This document shows, one piece after another, positions 55,740 through 64,000 of a DNA stretch of 64,000 bases. The DNA lies in assembly GCA_000165345.1 (NCBI GenBank), contig CM000433.1, forward strand, positions 896,001 to 960,000, in the 5' to 3' direction. The translations under genes were made by a program, and so were the position numbers. Position 1 is the stretch's first letter; each line of letters opens with the position of its first letter. A model generated the notes under the pieces. The model was not told the origin of the DNA. It ran no database searches and saw only the letters and a program-made list of their open reading frames with translations.

Positions 55740-57077
55740 TTAAGATTGAAGATAAATAACTTGAACAGTAATATCATCAACAACATTTCCTTCTTCTTGA
55801 ATCCATCTCCTCCAAGCCTCCCTTGCAAGTTTCTCAGCAGAAAGCTGTGCATCTGAAGAACCTCCTTCTGCAACGATATCTACAGCTTCTTGAGAAGAAA
55901 TGAACTCCCAAACACCATCTGAACAAATTAAAATGAAAGCATCCTTTTCTGGTTGTATCTGAAAAGTATTTATATCAGGTTCAGGAATAATGCCAGCTTG
56001 ATATCCAAGAGTATCACCAATAGCTCTGCTCATTGCAAGCCCAGGATACATTTTTCCTTTAATAAATACACGGTAAGGGATATCTCCTTCTATTCTTTTT
56101 ACTTGACCTCCTGCTGCAATAATTCTTCTTTTTTCAGATTCTGAGTTAGGTTTGTGATCATTGGTAAGATCTACAGCTTCTAAAACTCTTCCTGATCTCG
56201 ACCACCTTGCAAGTACGGATCTAGAATCGCCAACATGAGCTGCAATAATTCGATTTTCTAAAGGTAAATGAAGAATGACTGTCGCAGTAGTTCCAGAAAG
56301 GCTACAATCAAATTGATTTGTCTCTAAAACATGTTCTTGCAATCTTTGATTTGCTTTAATAAATGCATAGTGAAGTACATCTTGTGGATGAGTCTTCCAT
56401 TGTTTGTCTTTTAAAATTAATGCCGGCATATCTTTTTGAATAAAGTTACTCACATCATGTCCAAATGGTCCATGTCCATCAAAAACACCAAATAATCCCC
56501 AATTTTCAGTTTTCAATATAAAAAAATCATCTTGATTAGGACTCTCAGGTTTTAGTCCTTTTCTACAAACATACCCAATTCCCCTTTGTAATTCGGAATT
56601 ACCAGAATCGTTACCAATTACTTCTTCAGCTTTTGATTCAAATGTTTCTTGGGCTCTTTGAGAAAGCATTCCTGTTACTGATAATCTTCTTCTGGAATTA
56701 CCAAGCTCAAAGCTATCCGCTTTTTGATTATTGAAGTCATTTAAAATACCATTATGAATCCCGCTTGGTGTCATAAACTCTGAAGGTTTAAACTGAGGAG
56801 AATCTTTGTAAGAAGCATTAAATACTGCTCTTCCTCTGGGTATATCATTAATGTCAGAATCATTGACAGGATCACTCTGGCTCACCGATAACCTCCTTCT
56901 ATCATAATTTACAGCAGAGTAATTAGAAAATCCTTTGTTGCCTCCCTCCATATTTGTATAAGGATTCATTGAAAAATTGGTAACAGTATTAGGTAAATTA
57001 CTTACACAATTATTCTTCTCCTGAGAAAAAACTAAGTTTTCCTTATTTATAGATTTCTTTGAAAAACACCCACCCAT
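55740..57077 (-). CDS. Protein phosphatase 2C (PPM family) with an N-terminal myristoylation/palmitoylation motif
   Basis: PP2C motifs are present: LFGVFDGHGPFG, SDGVWEF and DDITVQVIYL. The N-terminus MGGCFSKK is a Gly2/Cys4 dual-acylation consensus. About 150 residues of low-complexity N-terminal extension precede the catalytic domain. Confidence 0.85.
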   Translation of the reverse strand: MGGCFSKKSINKENLVFSQEKNNCVSNLPNTVTNFSMNPYTNMEGGNKGFSNYSAVNYDRRRLSVSQSDPVNDSDINDIPRGRAVFNASYKDSPQFKPSEFMTPSGIHNGILNDFNNQKADSFELGNSRRRLSVTGMLSQRAQETFESKAEEVIGNDSGNSELQRGIGYVCRKGLKPESPNQDDFFILKTENWGLFGVFDGHGPFGHDVSNFIQKDMPALILKDKQWKTHPQDVLHYAFIKANQRLQEHVLETNQFDCSLSGTTATVILHLPLENRIIAAHVGDSRSVLARWSRSGRVLEAVDLTNDHKPNSESEKRRIIAAGGQVKRIEGDIPYRVFIKGKMYPGLAMSRAIGDTLGYQAGIIPEPDINTFQIQPEKDAFILICSDGVWEFISSQEAVDIVAEGGSSDAQLSAEKLAREAWRRWIQEEGNVVDDITVQVIYLQS

Positions 57078-58143
57078 AAAATTCCAAATTCTAATTTAGA
57101 ATTCCTTCTCTATAAATATATAAAATTTTGTCCTATAACTTTTAAAAAAAATGAATATTAATTTCTCCAAATAAACCACTTTCTTTTCAACAAAGCTGTC
57201 AAACTAAATTTTTGACAATATTTAATCGGCTATGAGTTTCAAAAAGTCATATTAGTCTTAAAAAATCATAAATTGCCTCTTTTTCACATGAAAATTAAAT
57301 AGAAATTTGCAATAATTTAAATGAAATTATCAAATAAAATCAGAAATAAAATCCTCAGAATATTCTTTTAATAATCTTAAATTACTTCTTGGTATTTTTG
57401 TTTTGAATTTATTACTTTAACTTCAAAATTACAAAAATATAAAAACATTTATTTTATGAAATCTGTTAGGGATGCTCAAGTTGGATTGAGAGGAGTACTT
57501 CAATTCTAAATAAAAGAATAGAAATAATAGCCAGGAATTCCTCTCCTAATATCCTCTAATTAATACAAATTACTTGTATTATACATGAATTTTTTTTCTC
57601 ACTAATAATTATTTATTTATTTATTTTGAAATTTCAACTCCCCTCGCCGTTTTGTCTATATAAGATTTCTTTAAAATATGGCAGAAAAAAATTAATTCAA
57701 AATAATATCTATAATTTAATAGTCAAATATGTTAATTTCTGTTCATCATCAATATTACTAAAAAAATAATACACTTTTAAATAACTAAATTACTAAATTA
57801 TCTTTTAAAAAAAATAAATAAATATTTACAATTTTATTTCAACATTTATTAATTGAATTATTACACACAACTAACTGCTATATTAATTAATAATTATTAA
57901 AGTGTGTGCAAAAAAAAAATTAATGTGTGCATGCAAAAATAATTACTTATTTTAATTCTAACAATATATATGTCCACATTGTAATACATTAAATGTATAT
58001 ATTTAATTGATTTGAATAAAGGTTTTTTTTCCTTCTTTTTTATTAGTTAATTTTTATATCAGTTTGTATATAATATTTAAATATATTAAAAATATGAGCG
58101 TTTTAAAGTTTAATATAATTTCAATTATATGATTTGATTAAAT

Positions 58144-58885
58144 TTAACTTTTTTGAATGGGAACAATATCGGAACTATGTCCATGAGTAGCTACTTGCTC
58201 TTTTGTGAAAAATGTAAAAGAACCAGAATTATAGAAAACTTGTTGAGATTTTGTCTTATATTTCCCATTATTAAATTCAATAACATCCTTGGAAAATTGT
58301 TTAGGACTAATAACTTGACAAAAATTGAAATTTCCTTGGATACTTCTTCCAATTTTGTGGTTACATAAATCTGAATCTGGAGTATTATATTTATTGTTTA
58401 TACTTGTGTTATATTCATCAATCAAGCTGCAATATCCATGGAAAAAACTTTCTTCACTTCTTGAAATTTTTGATAGAACTTCATTGCTTAGATGTTTTCC
58501 GTGATTCCATCTATATGATTTTAGCTGATCACATCTTTTTTTGCTTTTTTTTTAAGAAAAAAAAATTAAAATGAATTAAAAAATATGGCATGCATATAAA
58601 TGCATGCATTAATATTATATATAAAACTTACATATAGGCTAACACTCTCATTTTATTTCTTTGCAAGCTTAATAAATGAACCAGTGCTGCAACATCATAT
58701 TGCGATTCATTTGAGGAATTACTTATAAAAGGTTTCAAGTATTGAAGATTTTCGATATAATTTAAATTAATTTTAGCAATATCATCAAATTGGTTTTCAT
58801 TATGTGTTATAATCTGATGATTTCCTGCTAACTTAAGTTCTTTTAAAATATCAATGGACGGATTTTCATGTATAGAGCCACTCAT
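58144..58885 (-). CDS. Small leucine-rich-repeat protein with a C-terminal Cys/His-containing domain; two exons
   Basis: Exons are 58632..58885 (MSGSIHENPSIDILKELKLAGNHQIITHNENQFDDIAKINLNYIENLQYL...) and 58144..58543. The intron 58544..58631 (88 nt) has a GTAAGT donor, and its acceptor is the only AG that restores the frame. The downstream ORF has no ATG anywhere in frame, so it must be a later exon. Confidence 0.4.
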
Positions 58886-59242
58886 TTTTTTTTTTTTTTC
58901 CTCAAAATAAAATATCCAAAAACTGAATTTGGAATACAATAAATATAAACTTGCTCTAAACAATCTCTTCAATAACTTTTATTTTTACTTGGATTTGAAA
59001 TTATTAATAATTTTATTAATAAGAAGAATTTATTATTATTTTTTTTTAATTAGGTATCGTTTATTTTAAGTAATTACACACAAAAGGCGGCAAGCTGTAA
59101 TTTATTTAAATATTAAATAGTATTTTAAATTTCTTAATAATTAAAATAAAATTAATAATATTATAATTTATTATTCAGTTATCAATACAACCTTTCATTA
59201 CTAATTGTTAATTATAAAGCTGAATAAGAAATTATCTTGAAA

Positions 59243-60520
59243 TGAGAGTTTTAGAAAAACTGTTAGAAAAGGCAACTTTTCTATATAGAGATGAAAGAGT
59301 GTGGGAATCGCATGTAATAGTACAAAATTTGATTAAAAAGTATGTTTTAATATTAAAATGATTAAAATGAATTAATACCATTAATATTATTATTATTTAT
59401 TTTTAGGTATGGATTTAAAAGTCTATATAATAAAGATCCTATAATATTGGAAATACAGAGAAGAGCAGCAAGTATTAAATATTTTTCAAATAATTTTAAT
59501 GATTTAAATATAAATGAAATTGATATTAATTCTAATTTTTATAATAATCATGAAGATAACGAATTGTTTCACGAGTTCAAAATTAATAATTCTGAGGATA
59601 AAACAAATGAAGAATTCTTTTCAGAAAATGAAACAGAAAGTAACAAGTCATTCAAATCTTCAAACAGTAAATTGGAATCACTAAATAGTGGTAGGGAATT
59701 AGAAATTAATCATGATTGCTATTTTGATGAGAATGGTGATTTATTTGAAAATAAAGAGTACGAAGAATGTAGTGGACTAATAACAAAAACAAAACCAAGA
59801 GAATGGCAATATATTATTCAAAAAGATCCCTTTGATTTATGGTATCGAAGCTATGAGAACTCTTCAATTATTGAGATTTGCTTTCAAGGATTTATTAAAA
59901 CTAATATTTTAAACATTCTTTCTGTATTTTATGAAAGAGATTTATATAAAGATTGGATTCCGTATTATACTTTTCCAATAAAATTTGGGCTTAATTCTAT
60001 TAAAGAAATTCTACATAAAGATAGAATACACTTAGTTACTGCAATTTATATAGATATTCCATGGCCTTTTTCTAATAGAGAAATTATTTTAGAAATTTGG
60101 GCAAGTGATGAAATAATTCCTAATAACAGAATATTCATTCATGCATCTTCAATTGAAGATCATGGTTTTCATCCAAGACTAAAAGTTGAAATTCCATATT
60201 CACTAGGATATTCAAATAGAGCAAATATTTCTGGTGGAGGATTTGTCAGCCCCCATGGTGATAATTTGACCCACTTAATTTTTAAGTGGAAAATTGATTT
60301 ACTTTTTGAACCACCAAAAGTTTTACTTAATTTCTTCTTAAAAAATTTCATTAAAGCTTGTTGGGATAAATTTAACAATGTTTGTCTTCAAGTAGATCAA
60401 CCTAACTCTCTACATAAAGAAAGACTTAATACTAACAAGGATCTATACGATTTTATAAGAGCTAAAATTAAAGAGAAAAACAAACATGAACTTAACAAAG
60501 CCAAAGAGTCAAGCTTATAA
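59243..60520 (+). CDS. START-domain (StAR-related lipid-transfer, SRPBCC fold) protein; main exon 59407..60520 preceded by a short 5' exon whose ATG is out of frame in this assembly
   Basis: The 357-codon ORF contains no Met at all (the track start is a TTG), so the start lies in an upstream exon. A GTATGT donor at 59340 and a TTTTTAG acceptor at 59406 give a 67-nt intron. The upstream exon has an ATG at 59243 (MRVLEKLLEKATF) and a LYRDERVWESHVIVQNLIKK segment, but these are in different frames. One extra T in the run at 59278..59280 would join them. The START-like core reads ERDLYKDWIPYY...SNREIILEIWASDE...IFIHASSIEDHG. Confidence 0.5.
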
Positions 60521-61140
60521 TTACTTAATTATATTTATTTTTATCTTTATTTTTCCACATAAATTTTGAATAATTTTTAAAAGAAAATAGAATAAAAAAG
60601 AAACTAGCTAATAATAGCTATTATTCGAAATAAAATTGTATTTAATCAATTTAGATTTATTGCTGAGAATTTCTGTAAATATTTTAATATAAACTTAATC
60701 ATGGTTTTAAAAATTCTGTGTTGTTTTGAATATTTATTTCAAAGCACATTTTTTTCCTAATGCACTAAAAATAAGTAATTTTTGCTCACTGCCCCACATG
60801 CACACAGGCGCCAAATTAAATATACCGGTATATGATAAATAATTTAAAAAAATAGAGGGAAATATTTAAAAAATAATAATAATTTTGAGATAAAGAATGA
60901 GTAATTCTGATAATTTAATGTTGAAATAAATATTAAAGATTTGTCAAAATCTTTTGATTCATTCCTTCGTTTAATAATTTTGCTCTTGATAAAAAAAAAA
61001 AAAAATTTTTAAATACTAGCTAGAATTGTTTCAAAGGATTAATTAATAAGAATCTGGGTGGTTTGATTTAAAAAAAAAAAAAAGAATAAATTAATTAAAT
61101 CATCAGAAATCAAAAATATAATTAAATAGAGCCTGATATC

Positions 61141-63019
61141 ATGACAAACTTGGTGAAAAACGGCCATGAACTTATACATTCTATTTTTAATAGAATTTCT
61201 GGAATCAAAGTAAGTAAAATCCTACTTAATATATTATTTTAATTACAAAAAATATTAATCATTACTACCATTATTATTCATTTGACTTCTATTAAACCTA
61301 AAATAATTAACAATAAAACTTGCTGATTTTAGATTCTAATTTTGGATAGAGAAACTGTTCAACAAATCTCTTTGGTATTTTCTCAATCTGAGTTGTTAAA
61401 AAGGGAAGTATTTCTTACAGAGCTAATAGATGTGACAAATAGGTCAAACCTTCCACATTTCTCTGGAATTTACTTTATTAGACCAAATAAAGAAAATATC
61501 TCAATTTTATGTAATGAACTTAAAAAACCTTTATTCAAAGAATATTATGTATATTTTACTAATAACATATCCCCACAAATACTACAAAAGATTGCTGTTA
61601 GTGATGAAAATGACGTAATTAAAAGAATACAAGAAGTCAAGTTAGATTTTAATGTTATAAGCTGCGACTTATTTTCATTGAGTATGAACTATTTTGGTAA
61701 GTTTAAATTTAATCAAAATTATGTAAAATATAATTAATTCAATTTCGAATATTAAAGCTTCAATGTATAATCTTCCATCAAGTTGGACAACTTATGAAGA
61801 AACATTATTCTCAAGAATGATTGAAGGTATTTACTCAGCAAGTCTTCAACTTGGAGAGATTCCTGTTATACGATATTTAGCAAATTCTCCATTATGTAGA
61901 AATATTGCATTTGCAGTAGAAAGAAGACTATTAGATTCTAATCTAATAGACTTAGTATCGGGAGAATTTGTTAACACTAGATCAGAAAGCTACGACGATA
62001 AGAGAAATGAAAGTACTATTCTATTAATACTTGATAGAAGAGAAGACCCTGTTACTCCTCTTTTAACTCAGTGGACTTATCATGCAATGATACATGAATT
62101 ATTAGAAATTAAGAATAATAGATTATGTTTAGATAATGGAGGGTTTTCTAACAAAGAAAAAGAAGAATATGTTTTATCTGAACAATATGATGATTTTTTT
62201 AGAGATCATAAATACGATAATTTTGGAGATATTGGATTTTCTATCCGAGATTTGGTCAATAATCATCATGAATCTTCTAAAACTAATCATCGTCTAGAAA
62301 CAATTGATGATATTAGTAGATTTGTTCAAATGTATCCAGATTTTAAAAAAGAGTATAATAATATTTATAAACATGTAAATATACTTCATGAACTTTCAAG
62401 AATTGTTCAAGAAAGAGACTTAATGAGAATATCTGCATTAGAACAAGATTTAACAGTTTGTGATAATGTTGATGAACATTCAAGACAAATAGGAAATCTA
62501 TTATCAGATACTAGAATTTCTCAATTTGACAAATTAAGACTAGCTCTTCTTTATTCCTTGAAATATGAAAAGGAAGAAATACAAATCAACAATTTTAAGT
62601 ACCATTTAGGAACTCAGGCAAATTATATTGATAAATTGTTGCAAGTATTTGGAGAAAATTTCAGATCTGGAGACCTCTTTCTGAATAAGACACTATTAAA
62701 TATTGCAAAGAATACAATTAATAAGTCTAATAATAATAATATTTATATTCAACATAAAACTTTATTATACTATATATTAGAAAATTTGGTTAAAGGTAAA
62801 CTAAAAAATAGTAGATTTCCATCAACTACTGATGATTATAATTCTTCAAAAAAACCACTAAAAATTATGGTATTTGTTGTTGGAGGTGTAACTTTGGAAG
62901 AATCTAGAGATGTAAATGTCATTAGAAACTTATATGATGTTGACATAATTCTTGGAGGAACTAATCTACTGAACTCAAAATTGTTTATTAAAGATCTTGA
63001 ACTACTAATAAATAGTTAG
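61141..63019 (+). CDS. VPS45: Vacuolar protein sorting 45 (Sec1/Munc18 family SM protein); three exons
   Basis: Exons are 61141..61209, 61333..61696 and 61758..63019. Intron 1 (61210..61332, 123 nt) runs from GTAAGT to GATTTTAG. Intron 2 (61697..61757, 61 nt) runs from GTAAGT to ATTAAAG. The phases fit: 0, then 1 with G+CT giving Ala. ILILDRETVQQISLVFSQSELLKREVFLTELID...YFIRPNKENI matches VPS45 ([33 protein letters not shown]...CFLRPTKENV). LILDRREDPVTPLLTQWTYHAMIHELLEIKNNR matches [34 protein letters not shown]. The C-terminus has IMVFVVGGVTLEE...ILGGTN. Confidence 0.8.
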
Positions 63020-63592
63020 ATAAGTAATAATAATACTAAATAGTCATTCATTTTATTTTTGTCTTTTTTTTATTGTTATAAATTTTCTATTGCATGCAAT
63101 TGAAAATTAAAATCCCACAGAGCCCGCCAAAATCTCAATAATAATAAAAATGTTCATATGTCTAATATATATCTATAAAAAGAAAGTATAAGAATTAATT
63201 TAAAAAAAAAAATCAAGGTAAAAATTTTCTTTTTCTTCTTAATGGATTAATATTTAGTTACATTTAAAGCTACTAAACCTTTCATTCTGTAAATCATCCA
63301 TAAATATCCTTAACTATTTTATTAACAACATTATTGCCACTTATATTTTTAATTACTAATCAATTTTTTTCTCTCAACTATTTAATAACAAATAAATCAA
63401 AAATCAACTTAATCCAGTAAGAATTAATTGAAAAAGTTAATTTAATTTGCAAAAGCAAAAATTGAAGGTTATAACAAATAAATCAACTATATAGTTCTAT
63501 CATTGGTAATTATACAAAAGGAATTTAATGAATTAATACTAAATAAGCAATAATATATAAACAGTATTGAATTGAGTTGATTCATATTGAAA

Positions 63593-64000
63593 ATGAGAGA
63601 AACTTCTGATTCTGAGTTAAGTGATATCACAGAAATTAATTCCGATGATGAATTACCCCTAGACTCTATTGGAGATTATTCAATTATTTCATTAAAAGGA
63701 GTACTTAAAGAGATTATATCATGTGGAAGTGGATACGAAAAACCAAGTATTGGTGATGAACTTCTTATTGAATTAGAAGGTCCAAATAAAGTAGAATCCA
63801 GTACTAATGGTGGTTGTATTTGTAGTAGTAGTAGTAGTAGTAGTAGTAATACAAATACTACTCAGGAAGAAAATAGCAGATTAAAGCTCATTCTGGGTGA
63901 CTATTCAATGGATAAATATGACTCTACTAGGAAGAGAGAAATACCATGGGGTATTGAAATGGCACTTAGAAAAATGCTTAAAGGAGAGAAATCTAATATA
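63593..64000 (+). CDS. FKBP-type peptidyl-prolyl isomerase-like protein, 3'-truncated by the window end
   Basis: ATG at 63593 with the frame open to 64000. GVLKEIISCGSGYEKPSIGDELLIELEG resembles the FKBP domain N-terminus ([28 protein letters not shown]). ...LGDYSMDKYDSTRKREIPWGIEMALRKMLKGEKSNI resembles the FDSS...LG.G.VI.GWD.G...M.VGE segment. An (AGT)n tract encodes poly-Ser. An E2F-like GCCCGCCAAAA site and a TGCATGCAA lie at 63095..63134. Confidence 0.45.
   Translation, partial: MRETSDSELSDITEINSDDELPLDSIGDYSIISLKGVLKEIISCGSGYEKPSIGDELLIELEGPNKVESSTNGGCICSSSSSSSSNTNTTQEENSRLKLILGDYSMDKYDSTRKREIPWGIEMALRKMLKGEKSNI

Overview
This window is AT-rich (about 28-30% GC) eukaryotic nuclear DNA read with the standard genetic code; long ORFs end at TAA, TAG or TGA. 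It is very gene-dense: about 32 protein-coding genes sit on both strands in 64 kb with short intergenic spacers. Most genes are single-exon, and a minority carry one or two short GT-AG introns. The ORF track often begins at TTG or GTG, so several start codons were moved to the first in-frame ATG. One Sm-class snRNA gene (U2, minus strand) lies at about 37871..38093 inside a roughly 410-bp GC-rich island. No tRNA, rRNA, CRISPR array, transposon or prokaryotic operon structure was seen. Recognisable products are: RanBP1, U1 snRNP protein C, a PP2A catalytic subunit, a PP2C phosphatase, a DHX37/Dhr1-type DEAH helicase, VPS45 (Sec1 family), a CWC25-like splicing factor, an alveolin (inner membrane complex) repeat protein, EF-hand proteins, a START-domain protein, an FKBP-like fragment, an alpha/beta hydrolase, a pepsin-like pseudo-protease, and three RING-finger proteins, two of them tandem polytopic-membrane paralogues. 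Nearly every 5' intergenic region carries paired E2F-like GGCGCC/GGCGGG motifs and TGCATGCA palindromes. Together with the alveolin gene, the sparse short introns and the AT-rich N/K/I-rich proteins, this points to an apicomplexan of the Cryptosporidium type. That is an inference from the sequence, not a database hit. The items most worth a second look are a GC-rich structured element beside U2, a candidate three-exon micro-gene in a convergent spacer, the PP2A tail variant, the inactive pepsin-like protein, the RING paralogues and a frame disruption in the START-domain gene.
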